Source: Trichosphaerium sp. ATCC 40318 (taxonomy: Eukaryota > Protista > Tubulinea). From it: a stretch of DNA of 64,000 bases. The position numbers and the translations under genes were made by a program. The notes beneath the pieces were generated by a model. That model worked only from the letters and a program-made list of their open reading frames with translations, did no database searches and was not told the origin of the DNA. Position 1 is the stretch's first letter. Every line of letters starts with the position of its first letter. Shown here one piece after another: positions 36,901 through 50,205 of this stretch. Location: contig JALMLS010000092.1 of the NCBI GenBank assembly GCA_038496445.1, positions 46,861-110,860 on the forward strand, written 5' to 3'.

Positions 36901-36997
36901 CATCGCTCAATGCCGTTATGAAATCGGTTTGGGCATACGACACAGAAAATATCACTAAAAGTAGAACCAAGATCCAATCCATTGTAATAAAATTCAT
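33996..36997 (-). CDS. Surface LRR protein 5
   Basis: Colinear paralogue; MNFITMDWILVLLLVIFSVSYAQ ... LLYDLV*. Confidence 0.88.
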
Positions 36998-38108
36998 CTC
37001 TAACTCGTAGAAACTAACAACGTGAGAGAAGAACTAATTTTATCGTTTTGTTATTATTTAGCAAATTGAACTTTTGAACACAATGTAGCCGGAACAATTG
37101 CTACTGAGCGTTGGCCGCTACATATTAATTTTGCAGGTCACTTATCACGTGGTAATACGTATTTAATTTAATTTCATGTTTACCAATATTACAAAACGAT
37201 GCGGTACCTTGAGCTCTTGGATTCTTCCGTAGATAAAACTGGTACAGGTATTTGGTAGTCTGTATGTTGAGTCCTCAAGCGATTAATAAACAGTTATGTA
37301 TGTGCCATGTACTATTAAGGTACGTTAGGGGTTTAGATACAAAACGTGATGAGACGTTTCTTTTTAATTCCGCTTGGTTTGCCTTTTCGTCGGAGGTTGA
37401 TCACATAAGTTTTGTTCACTCCGTCGTGTTTTGGTTCAATCTAAAACTGGTAATACTGTCCACGCACCCATATCTAAACTTTGAAAAAATACATCACGCG
37501 AAGCGAAGTTTCAAAGCTAGTTTCCGACAAAATTGTTACGAACACTGACGTCAACATTGTCGTCTGCTGTTTCTTCCTAGTTTCAGTTTGTTAATGGATT
37601 GAGAGTAACAGTTTCTCCGAAGCTGTATTCCATGTTCTAATTAAATTTCATAGCAGTTTGTTTGGACTTACAGATATAAGGAAGTCTAGCTTACAGATAT
37701 GCCAAAAGGCGATCAAGACCACTTCCTTACACAGATACGGATAAACGGTTCTAGCGTTCATATTATATGAGAACAATACTGGCAAATTGTTCCGAGTTTA
37801 TGAACCTAATCCTCACTATTAGTGGACTCAAAGAAAGGTCTAAGGGAGATTATTTGTTTAGGTTTAGAGAAAGAAGACTTGACTGTTTGTGGCTTATCAA
37901 ATGACTGTACAATTACCTCTAGAGATGGCAGAAATACCCGTCCTATACAGCTCCGAAAAAACGCAAAGCATCTGTCCGTATATGGTCCAAACGGCTCGCT
38001 GTCAAAAGTATTTGCCATCAACAAAATTCATTGTAACATTGAGGTACTGGTTTATTGAGCAACGAACTGTATGTTTATAAAATGAAATGGTAAATACTGA
38101 TGACACTG

Positions 38109-41018
38109 TTAGCACAGTGTGAAAAAAATAACAAGAATAAATACAAAGAAACTGAATCTTGTGACGTGATGTCCATAGCATGTATTACCGCCAACATTAA
38201 GTGTTATTCTGCGAAAAGAGTTAGCAACATGAGAGTAAAACAAGCACAAAGAAGATATTACCCCAGATTGGTTCTAAGTGCCTTGTCATTGAAACACTGC
38301 TCGTCACTTGTTGTCTTAATATTATCAATGTCACCAATGATACAATTTGCTTTGATAAGATCAATAGTGGAAGGTCTCGTCACTGATGGTGGTGTAGTAA
38401 CAATCAATTCACTTTGTAGTGTTAGGCAACCTAAAATCAAGATCAGAAAATAGCTAGCAAAGTGTATTTACTTTCCTGTAACAGTGAGTATTGTGTCGTC
38501 TTTACCAAAGTCAGGAGGAATTAATATTGTTGTAGGAGTCACAATATTCAGGTCGCCTTGTATCACTGTTGGCTTATCTATTATCGTTCCTTGCGGAAAT
38601 GTGATGTTTACTGAAATTGGAGCTTTGGGAGAGTTGGGTACAAAGCCCCTACACATTTCAGAGCAATTGAGACTTCCCAATGTTTCACAAGTTATTCCTG
38701 AGTCATCACAAAAGTAATTATTTGCAAAGTCGTCAAACTCAACACTATCACCTGTTAGTATTGTAGTGAACATAAATCAGTTCAAAATCAATATGATGGT
38801 ACCAATTATTGACTTGAAACGTAACCACTGGGCACGAAAAATTATTGTCTTTAACTCTACTAATAATGTACCAGTTAGCGCATAATTGACAATGAATCAT
38901 GGACAACTTACATGGTTACATCTTTGAAGAAGCTTGGCAAAGGTCCACTAAATTCGTTGTGAATTATTGATCTAATAACCTCCAATTAATAAAGGTTATC
39001 TCGAGCTATTGAAGTACATGTTAGTAGATCTTGTGCCATTTAAATGTTCTAGTCCTCCAGAAAAGTGATTGGTAGCCAAATTCCTAAATCATTACTATGA
39101 GGTTGTCGAGAAGTTGACGTTAAAGTGAAGGACGTACACCCAGGTGTACTGACCAACTGCAGGTGGTATATCACCAGATAAGTTGTTTCTATAAACAGTG
39201 CTAACATAGCAATTAGAAGAACAGAAACCTAGAGGCGCTTGTTTTTCAAACAACCACAAACTTACAAACGAAAAAAATTCTTTGTTGGATCTAAAGGTAC
39301 TTGAGGAAGGCTCCCAGAGAACAAATTATCTTGAAGTTGCCTTTAAAAACAACCGTTAGAATCCAATACAATTAAAATAACCATGTACAAAGTATTGACA
39401 TTGAATACCCAATCTGGAATAGTTCCGTTCAACATGTTGTCACTAAGATTCCTTACAACAAAAAATTAGGTTCTTCTATACGATGCATTTTACCGTACAA
39501 GTCATATAAAGGAAGGTTACTAAGAAAATCAGGGATTGGACCCTCCAATCCACATCTGTATAGTTTCCTAGTTGGATAAAGGTTAAAGAGAAACGAACTG
39601 CTGTTTCTTGTTGTACAAATTTTGCAGTTTAGTTAGATTAGCAAAATGGGCTGGTATTTTAGTTAAAGGTAAATTATCTATGGCCCTAAAGCAGTTAGTT
39701 ATAAAGAGTAATTGATGTACTCATTTAATGTACAATCCTTTCATGTTAGAAAAAGTTGGTGCCACCACACGTGACAGATCCAACTCAGCTAAAAGCATCG
39801 GTTCGCCTTCAATATCCCTAATTGATTATAAGTTAGCGAATGTAGATACTAAGTTAAGGACATACAGTCGCTCTAATCCGTTAGTGTATATTCCTTGAGG
39901 TATTGTTCCATTCATTTCCCCCGAATTGTATGAGATAATACTTAAAGTGTAGTTAAAACAATAGCACTGCAACAGGATTGAACTAAAAAAAACCGAAGCA
40001 TTGAAACACAAAAAATAGAGTAATTTGGGACTTACAGAGAGGATAAAGGATGTCCAACAGGCACATCTGGAATAGATCCGCTTATTGACGTCTCTTTCAG
40101 AGCACTATAAAATGTCTTTGAGTATAGAAGTAAAAACAAAATCATGCACTTACAGATACCGAAGTTTGGGAAGGCTTGTAAACAAATTTGATGGGATAGT
40201 TCCTGTAATATCTTTATTAAATGTAATAGATCTATAAAACACCTCAATAAGCTTGACATCAGAACAAGGCGCGTACAAGGCTGTTAGGTTCTTTAACTGT
40301 GTGATGGAGGCAGGAATTGAGCTCGATCCTTGAACATTTCCTAGGTACTTTTTAGCCTAGTATAACAAATTCAATGTCACATCATCTTCGTACTAAGATA
40401 TCTACGGGGAAAAATTAATATGGTCAGACAATATACGTTCGTCAATAACGTACAAAGACTCAAGATTAGTGAGCTTCCCAGGATTCAATGTGAGGTTCCA
40501 TGAGAATGTATCAGTCCAAAGGTTAATGAGAATTCTTAAACAAATGTAAACTTAAGGGCGGAACAATAATTTCTCCTACAAACTTGTGAGAGAATCCAAG
40601 GCATCAAAAGCGTCATCAGATAAGTTCAGTACTATAGAGCGCTGTATGTTCCTACAGATCTTCAGACGCAGAAGGTAAGTACTTTTGAGCCTGTGACCGA
40701 AAAGCTTTTTTAGATTGAAAAAAAAGCACGTAATTTAGTAAAAATAAAACGTGATTTTTTAACTAACACTTCTAAAATGTTGCCATATCCATCACAAGTT
40801 ACGCCAGTATCATTACAAGGCTAAAATTGAATCAACCAAAAAAATAGTTTGGTAGAACGTAAAACGCTTAGCAAACAATAATGGTTACGCACGTGAAACG
40901 AAGTGTCATTCTGAGTTGCTTTCAATGCAGTTATAAAATCTGTTTGAGCGAAAGATAACTCTGCTATCCCAAGTAAAAGTAACAGAAATAAGGAAAAGCT
41001 GACGACTCTGATATACAT
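38109..41018 (-). CDS. Surface LRR protein 6 (divergent short subfamily)
   Basis: MYIRVVSFSLFLLLLLGIAELSFAQTDFITAL; same exon order but two LRR exons are absent; ends TRFSFFVFILVIFFTLC*. Confidence 0.85.
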
Positions 41019-41629
41019 TGTTTGAGCTGTATGGCTTATCGATCACGCAAACAAAAGTTGTGAACAATCGCGTTGAAATAATTTTACCGGTATTGAAAAA
41101 AAAGGAACTTCTGATTTCAATACACAGCACCGCCATTTCTAGAGCTCTTGAAATGAACAACATATTTGTTACGATTTGCTCAAGCGTTTATTTCATACAA
41201 GAATGCCATTACTGAACTCTTTGTCTTCTCTGATCACGTGTCTTCATTGTTGTTATTAATTGGGCTCAAAGGAAGTTCTTTGGGAGATCCTCATTTGATG
41301 GTTTTAGAAGATAACAACTTTAAATGGTTGGGGCTGATCTAGCGATTGTTCGAGCAGGTTACTTCCAATCATTAACATTTAGTCAAACATGAAAAGTGTC
41401 CCAAATCAGACAAAGTGTCCCATATGTTTTTTTCACAAACGGAGCTCTAACAAAGCAAACCGAGGCCACTGCGCACAAACAATGTGTGACTGCGTAAAAT
41501 TTCGAATTATGAAATGAGGAGCATGTATGTTACGGAACCTAGTTTAGGTTTGAGGCACACGCCTACAAATGTACATGAATTACGTACAAAAGAGCACGTG
41601 ATAACAAACACAGAGAATTTGAACTAAAA

Positions 41630-41860
41630 AGTTGTCGTAATATTATCAATATCGCCAATGATAAAATTGGCTTTGATAGATCAATTGTGGAAGGTCTTCT
41701 CACTGTTGCTGGTGTAGTAACAATCAGCTCGCTTTGTAGAGATAGGCAACCTAAAATTAAGAATTACTCTTAATAAGTTTAAGTTCCTGTTACAGTGAGT
41801 ATTGTGTCGTCTTTACCAAAGTCAGCAGGAATTAATAGGTCGCCTTTTATCATTGTTGGC
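41630..41860 (-). pseudogene. Decayed remnant of a copy-6-like LRR gene (juxtamembrane-domain exons only)
   Basis: Sequence closely follows about 38310-38575, with internal deletions. Confidence 0.75.
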
Positions 41861-42247
41861 CGGCGAAGAAAATGTTACATTTTATTTGTGTTCGAAAAGG
41901 AAGTTTATTGACCAAACAACTTCTTCGACTTTTCTCGAATTGCACAACTTCTTGTGCGTTTGTCTTTGCCTCAATAAACTTGTCAATCAACATACTCGAT
42001 GTCTCTCGATGACTCTTCTCTCGTTGCAGGTATGCCCAAGGACAATTACCTCAACGCACTCGAAATTCATGTGATGTTCAAATTAATTAATTCTTGTGAT
42101 AATATCTCTAAGTTCCCTCAGATAGCACCTTTCTTTCAATCATCAATTAATTATAACACGGACACCGTTTAAACTAAAAGAACTTGTCTATTTATAAAAT
42201 GCTATTTTTAAATAAATACTAAAACTTCAGTAACATTAGACTACATA

Positions 42248-45067
42248 TTAGCAGAGTGTTAATAAAATAACAAGAATAAACACAAAGAAACTGAATCTTG
42301 TAACATGATGTCCATAGCATGTATTACCGCCAACATTTAAGAGTATTCTGCGAAAAGAGTTAGCAACATAAGAGTAAAACCAGTACTAAGATGTATTACC
42401 CAATATTGGTCCTAAGTGCATTGTCATTGAAACACTGCTTGTCGCTTGTTGTCTTAACATTATCAACGTCTCCAATAATACAATTTGATTTGATAAGATC
42501 AATACTGGAAGGTCTCCTCACTGATGGCGTATTAACAATCAATTCACTTTGTAGCGATAAACATCCTAAATCAAGAATTAAACAATCAAAAATAAGAATA
42601 AATAGAGCGTACCTTCAACAGTCAACAATGTATCGTCATCATCGAAGTCAAGTGGAACAGTGAGAATTGTTTGATTGACAATATTAAGATCTCCTTGTAT
42701 CACAGTTCTTGCATCTATTACTGTATCTTCTGGAAGTGTGTAGTTTCCTGCGACAACAATTGGAAGGCTCAAACACATTCCAGGGCAGTTCAGACTTCCT
42801 AATGTTTTACAAGTTATTCCAGACTCATCACAAAAGTAATTATTAGCAAAGTTTTGAAACTCATCGCTATCACGTGTTAGTATTTGAGACAAATCAAAGA
42901 ATGTTAAGAACGTTGAGATATTACCAATTATTGACTTCAAAAGGAACAGATGGGCACCAGAAGTTATTATCATGAACAGTTCTAAGGATATAACTGTTAG
43001 ACTGTTTGTTACGTTTAGCTGGATCTAGCAAGAACTTACAAAATACTTATATCCTTGAAGAAGCTCGGTAGAGGTCCAAAAAAATTGTTATGAATAATGG
43101 CTCTGTAAAGCGAATCAACGAACGTTGGCATAGAAGTTATAAACTATTGGAAAAAAGGTTGTACATTCTCGAAGCTCTGGTTCCTTCAAGACGCTCTAAT
43201 CCGCCAGAAAAGCTATTTATGTCCAAGTTCCTGTATCAAAATTACGTTCATATATGACATTGATGTGACGTACACTCTTGTGTATTGGCCTACTGCAGGT
43301 GGTATATCACCTGAGATGTTGTTTCTGAACACCGAGCTAACATAATAAGCGGCAGAACAGAAGTCATCAAGCTCTTGTTTCTAACACTTACAAACGAAAG
43401 AATTTCTTTGTTGGATCGAAAGGTACTTGAGGAAGGCTTCCAGAGAACAAATTTGCTGGCATTCGCCTAATAAATATGAGTCTTAGACTCACATATGATT
43501 GCAATAAGTAGTAAGTGTACACGTCACTGATGTTGAAGATCCAATCTGGAAGAGTACCGTTCAACTTGTTGCCTCCAAGGTGCCTAAACAAGACGATGAG
43601 TTAATTTTGAAGAGACTGAAATATGCGTACAAAAAAGTTAAAGGGAGATTTCCAAGGAAATCAGGTATTGCTCCTTCCAACTCACATTCCCAAATACTCC
43701 TAAAAGTTGTATGTTAGCATAAGGATGCAATTTCTTAAATTATACAGGTGTCTTAGGTTAGATAGAAAAGCAAAGTGGTCAGGTATTTTAGTTATCGGTG
43801 TGTCATCAATAAAACTAAACAAAGTCATTAGTTTAAGGTAATATCACTTATAACGTACAATGAAGTTAAATTCTGAAACGCTGGTACAGCCACACGTGAT
43901 AGATCCAGTTCAGCTGAAAGCAACGGTTCACCTAAGATTTCCCTTTGCTTATGTTAGCAACAGTGAACCAAAAAGCAAAGACATACAAGTGTGTCAATCC
44001 TTGAACATAGATTCTATTTGGTATCGTTCCGTTCATAATTCCAGAGTTATGAGCAATTGTACTAAAGTCGACAAGAAGTTAAACAACAGAAAAAAAAGGA
44101 GAAATAGGAAGAATTGTAAAGTACAGTGAGTGCAATGCAGAATTATTTGGTACATCAGGAATAGAACCGCTTATTTGAGTATTTGCTATTCGCCTTTAAA
44201 ACTCTTTAGTGATTTTAGTTTTCAGATACATATGTACTTACAGAAGTTCTAATGAAGTAAGACTTGCAAATAAATTTGAAGGGATTGTTCCTGCTAGGTT
44301 AGGATCGCCATCAATAGTTCTGAAAAGTACAATAAGTGAGATTGATAGAAAGAACGAACTACGGACAATTCTCTTAGCTTTGTTAGCTGCGTAATGGATG
44401 CAGGTATTGACTCAGCTCCATGAACATTTTCTAGGCGCTTTTAGACGTCGCATGAGAGCAAAAAGGATGATTTTCATCGGTCTTGCTTAATGTTGCTTAC
44501 CAAGAAATCTGCGGAAAAGGTAAGCTTCCTGAGTGTATCCATGAAAGCAACTATGACGTACAAAATCTCAAGATTTGTAAGCTTCCCTGGATTCAATGTA
44601 AGCCTCCACGTGATCGTCTCAGGGCTATTTAGAACTCTTGAATAGGTGTTATAATTACGCGGAAATAATATTTGTCCTACAGAGTTGTGAGAGAATCCAA
44701 GGCATCAAAAGCATCATCAGTTAAGTTCATTGCAATACTAGTCTCTATTCGCCTAAATTTATTTTCAGTTTTTACCAAAAAAAACACGTGATTTTGCGAA
44801 AATAAAACGTGAGTGTCACGAACACTTCCAAAATGATGTCAGATCCATCGCAAGTTACGCTAGTATGATTACACGGCTAAATTTATAATGAACAAAGAGT
44901 TGGGGTACTCTAATTGATGTTTGCTAGCAAAAAAATTAATTGCGCACGTGAAATAAAGGGTCATTTGAGTGTGCTTCTTTCAACGCAGTTACAAAGTCTG
45001 TCTGTGCGCAAGATACTTTAAATACCCCCACTAACGCAATAACTATGATAAATATTCTGATAAACAT
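42248..45067 (-). CDS. Surface LRR protein 7 (divergent short subfamily)
   Basis: MFIRIFIIVIALVGVFKVSCAQTDFVTAL; exon set as in copy 6; ends TRFSFFVFILVILLTLC*. Confidence 0.85.
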
Positions 45068-45881
45068 CTAGTGTGAGCGTTGGTGGTTGTTCAAACAGAC
45101 TCAAAGTAAAGTGAATTGCTTAAATTATAATTTAGTAAAAAACGGCATTTGCCTTAACTGTAGTGATCTTTTCTGGACGAACTCGGATACCTGGATGGTA
45201 CGAAGTACATGCTCTGGTGAGGTTATACGGTTTTACAGTTGGAGTCAACACAGGTAAGATTAAGTTCGAAAACAGCAACTTAACATCGCTTCTTTTGTTT
45301 TAGGCTAAACGAACATGTATTTTATTTATTAGTGGTCTATAATAGTGATGTTCGGATAGATTGCAAAATTCGTAAGCGAATATATTCATCGCTTTGAGAC
45401 AAAACGGCACAAATTATTATTGCTGTCCTGAGTCTGAGACTTTTTTTTACAAGTGAATAGATAAAACTACAAAATTGTGTTTATGCTTTACCTCAAGTGA
45501 TGGCTATTTCTACGCGTGGAAAGTACAACAGCAGATCACGTAAGATTGGCTCGAATTGTCAAAAAAACGTCACCACTGGCACAATTTCACGCAACAAAAG
45601 TGTCGGTTAGGCTGACTTAGTTTTACCGCTAAAATGTAGATATCGGGCTTTCAACCACTCTATGTATAGAACTATGCATTTTAAAACATATGAGAGTGGT
45701 TTGGATGAACTAAAAGCACTTGGTGATTAAAAAAAAAGCCAACAACTTTCAGTTTCATAGTCGCTCTTCTCTGAAAACCGAATCGGAATATAGTCGACTA
45801 TTTCCAACTTTTTACGATCTGGCGATAGATTCGGTATTCTATTCGTTTGGAACATCGCTAGTCTATAACGTACTCAATACT

Positions 45882-47060
45882 ATGACTCAGAATATAAAAC
45901 TAATAGTAAACGGAGATCCAGATGTTGGTACGTTATAAAGCGATAATACAGTCTATACGCATTTCAATAACGTTAATACCACTTTTTCAGGCAAATCAGC
46001 CTTAGTAACACGTTTACAAACGAACTCTTTCCCTACTGAATACAGTACGATCTATCTTGTGTTAAAGCTAATAAGAAAGTACAATAGTACCATCAGTACT
46101 CGAGCCTTGGACTTATAAGTGCGTACAACCTATTTTCGAAGAGTTTTAGTTTTCCAATTTTTGTCACAAAAATTATGTATAGCGTTAAGTGCTGCCTTGT
46201 GTAAATATGCTATATTTGCTTTGATGGTGATGTCATCATTATACTGTTTTGTATCACTAGCAAGCCTCAGTCAATATTTTAGCTTATATTCTAATCCTTT
46301 TATAGCGTGTACCTTAAACAATGTGGGAAACCATGCCGTGTTGGTTAGTATTTAGATTAGCACATAGCATATTTTCGTGAGCATCAGTATTAACTGTAGT
46401 ACAAGCATTGTGGGATTGTAATGGTGCTGATGCTTATGATGCATTAAGACCATTGAATTATCGTGTATGGCATACATTGAATTGCTACCAACATTTTCTG
46501 TGAAAAAGGCAAAAAGAAAATTATTCTCACGTGATTTAGGAACCAGATGTTTTTGTGATATGTTTCAGTATTGATTCAAAATCAAGTCTTCAAAAGGTTG
46601 ATTCTAAGGTATTCAAGAACAAGTCTAGTACTTTTTTGTTTCACTAAAGGTTTAATGTGTGGTAGTGGAAACCTGAAGTGAAGCACTATTGTCCTGATAC
46701 ACCTATTATTCTTGCAGGTCTTAAAAAAGACCTCAGAACAAAACTAAAGCCTGATGGGACTTCATATGACTGTGTTACATTTGAAGAAGCCAAAAAGATG
46801 ACAAAACAAATACAGGTAAATAAAGGCTCAAAATTGAATGATCAATTTAGAAAGAGCTTTATGTTGCTTCCCCACTGACGCAGATGCTAGGCACATGCTT
46901 ATGTGGAATGCAGTTCTCTCACAGGAGATGGGGTTAAATCATGTACTATACCATAACACCTTTTAGCGCTTATGTTTCTGCACTAGTGATTGACGAAGCA
47001 ACTCTGGCAGTTATATGTGACCGAGGATTGTTAATTAAACAAAGATGTATTGTCATGTAA
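45882..47060 (+). CDS. Atypical Rho-family small GTPase
   Basis: [86 protein letters not shown], and a C-terminal CAAX box CIVM*. Confidence 0.9.
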
Positions 47061-47270
47061 CTTATTATCTTGAATGTAAAAACAGCTTTCTACTGCCTCA
47101 AGAACCAAAGCAGCCAAGCGTGGCCAACAGCAACATTAAGATCTTAACAACAAATTGGGTTACAAAGCAAGGGCTTGAGAGAGTGCAAACAGGCAAACAG
47201 TTCGGCATGTCAGATGGAAGTTCTTGGTCTTTTTGCTTTAACTGAAACTGTAAATAAAACGTTTTATTTT

Positions 47271-49686
47271 TCAAGCCAACATCATATCTAAGATGCGATC
47301 TTTCGAGTATACAAGTCCACAATTATCAGCAAGTTCAAGAAGAGCTCTTAACAAAACAAGTTAAAAAAAAAACTGAAAGTTCAAAAAAAAAAATTGTGAC
47401 AGGTCTTTTAACAGCAAAGTAATAAATATACATACCTTAATTGCTCATTACAATATTTCTTAAAGTCAGTGAATAAAATTACAAAAACCTACAAAAAAAT
47501 AGAAGTGTAAGTAAGCGACCTTTTTATAAAAAGGCAGCAATCTTTTTTTTTTTTTGAATATTCAACAAGAGAAACAGTTTCTTTGAATTTTTGTACCTCT
47601 ACAAAGAATGGTCCATCACCAAGTTGTACTGCTATAAAACCAATATCAAATAATAAACATACTGCCATACTAGGACTATATGCTTTTCCATAAGAACCCA
47701 TAAGCAGACTGACAACATACTTTGCTTGCTAAAAAAGAAAAAAAATTAACAAAAAACATCCAAAAACTTTTTTGGCTCCCATTTAACTCACACGTAACGA
47801 ATGATCAAAAAACCCAGCAGCATAGTATGTCAATGCTTTACAGAATTGTGCTGAGACCATTGAATGTCTGTGATTAATATTTGCAGATCCATAAGAAGCA
47901 AGTGAAAACTCAATTGTATGTTCAAGTTCATATAAAAATTGTGCGCAAGTTTCTTTACTCTTGACAGGTGTTAGTGCACAATAAATTATGATTTTTACGT
48001 ACAATACTCTGTAAATTATAGCAAGGATATTTATTATGTTCACAAAGTTGTTGTGGGGAATAAATGGATATAGTAAGCCAAACCTAGTAAGTAAGAAAAA
48101 AGTAAGAAAAAACAGTGTCAAACATAAAAAAAAAGAGATGCTGCTTCCCTACCTTTGCAAAGATACTCCAAATGATTACCGCTGAAAAAATGGATACCTG
48201 GAAAGGAGGTACCATAAGATGCATAAGATCAGCCATAAGTATCTTTATATTGGCAAGTTCAACTGCCCTAAAAATTAACGATTACACAAAATAATATTTT
48301 CAGAAATGTAAAACTATCATAACCATTATATGCGTACCTGTTAGTTATAAAATTATCTGAGTATATACAAACACGTTTTGTCATAAGGTGTAAATAGCCC
48401 ATAGCGCTTAAACTATGTAATTGGCCAAATTTTGGATGTGTCCGAAGTCGAGAAATCATTGCTTAAAAGGAGAAAAAATTAATAATTTTGCAGTACGAGG
48501 AAAGAAACATTTAACGTACATAAACCCTTCTGTTGTACACTTTCTACTTCTTTAATGTCCCCAGAAATCATCTTATAATCCCCAATAAGTATAAATGCAG
48601 CTATAGAGATGCTTTAGTACCACTGTACATTTGCAAGAAAGAAAATAACATTTTTAAGTTGAAGTTTTCAAAAAAATAATATCGAACAGTACAAGCTATG
48701 CAGGGATGATCTTCATGCTCATCGGCAAGTATAAATTTAGTTGCTTTATCAAGTGCTTCTCCCTTTTCGACATGTCCAGTTACACGAGCTGCTAACGCTA
48801 ACATACTGAGTAACTCAGCAGACTCTGGTTGTCCTCTGAGTTCTTTTTGAAGAAAAAAAAAAGTTAGTATTAATTTCATGCTTATATCACGTGACACGTT
48901 TTTTAACACACCATCATCTTGAAGAGCTTCCATAATACTATTTGCATTCCAATGTACAAGAGGTGCCGACTAATTATTCAAGTGAATACGACGCACACAG
49001 CAAGAATTTTAAAAAAAAACGAGTTTTCTCGAACACAACAAAAGGCCTGCTTGCAGTATTAGTCGTTTTCGAACAAGGAGAGTTCAAAACAGGACGTGCA
49101 AGTGCTTATACGGTCGGAGGGCATTTTATTTTGCCGAAACGGAATTTATAAAACGTACGTATCTCTGCTCTAACGACTGCTTATAAAAATGCAGCCATGA
49201 CGAAACGTCTGTGGCGGTACAGAGATGCGCAGCCAATTGCCAAGCGTGTAGCTAATATTAACAAAGCACTTTAGACGCCATAAAACGACTAATAAATTGG
49301 TATACTCTTATGTTATAACGCTTACCTGCTTTTCGATGTTTTTGTTTTGCGTTTTTTCGTACATTTGCCTCCAATAAGCTGCTTCTTCTTGTTTCTGTTT
49401 CAACAACGCTCTGGTAGTTGCTTCCGCTGATATTTGTTCTGTTTTATCGTTAAAACAATACCAACAATTCTATAAATTGAATAGACGCACTTGGTTGCTT
49501 CTTTTTGACCGGTTGTACGTACACGCACTCGACTCCTTTCGAAAAACACGTTTCGCATGGTGTACCGCGATTACACTTGGTGTGTTTCTTCTTGCAGTAT
49601 GTACAGGCCGGTTTCGATTGTTTGGTACTCCGTAAGGCTACATTGTCTGAAACGATCAATTCTTCTCTATATCTTATGTAACTCAT
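47271..49686 (-). CDS. Zn(II)2Cys6 binuclear-cluster transcription factor
   Basis: ACTYCKKKHTKCNRGTPCETCFSKGVECVY fits CX2CX6CX5CX2CX6C; followed by a multi-exon helical region ending DMMLA*. Confidence 0.85.
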
Positions 49687-50205
49687 TCGTTTCGAAATTA
49701 CAATACTGCATTATACGGTGGTTATGTAACCGAGTTTTCCCGATTTTACTTTGTTTGACTATTTTCAGTGTCAACTTTGAAACGACATCAACAAAAAACT
49801 GTTACACGCTCTGTCTCACCAGTAAAATAGGAAAAAAATAAATTGAGTAAGCACAAAATGCGCTTGTCCGTTTTTGTAAATTTTCTGTGACACTGGTGTC
49901 CAGGAACTGCTGACATTTCGTCAAACAAGTTAACTCCGCGTAACAACCTTTTACAATGTACGACTTCTCCTGTATCATGGATTTTGACGGCGAAAAATCG
50001 GTTTACAGTCAAAAACATTTGGGCTTTGACGGTTAAAAAATTAAACAACGGTAAACGCCACGCCAACGTGAGGTTCTTTATTGGAGTTAATCTCTTTTCT
50101 GTTTGATAAATCCTGGGAACAATGAGCGACAATTGCTGATTTGAGCCAAATTGTATTTCTCTTTGATAAATAGAATCTACATCGTATAGAATAACGTAAT
50201 TCGCG

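Larger units (their letters stand above)
17639..45067 (-). repeat. Tandem array of seven LRR genes, unit about 4 kb
   Basis: Seven head-to-tail paralogues with conserved exon boundaries and partly conserved introns and spacers. Confidence 0.95.

Noticed and set aside
37565-38060. Possible decayed plus-strand gene in the spacer (ORF 37822-38058; partial copy at 29230-29415)
   Set aside because: Reading frames are broken and no family can be supported; used only as a spacer marker.
41270-41380. GDPH motif suggestive of a von Willebrand D-domain start
   Set aside because: Only a few codons, interrupted by a stop or frameshift; insufficient evidence.
17639-45067. CRISPR-like or DGR-like reading of the regular conserved/variable alternation
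   Set aside because: The periodicity is LRR exons alternating with spliceosomal introns. There are no cas or reverse transcriptase genes, and the variation is not adenine-specific.
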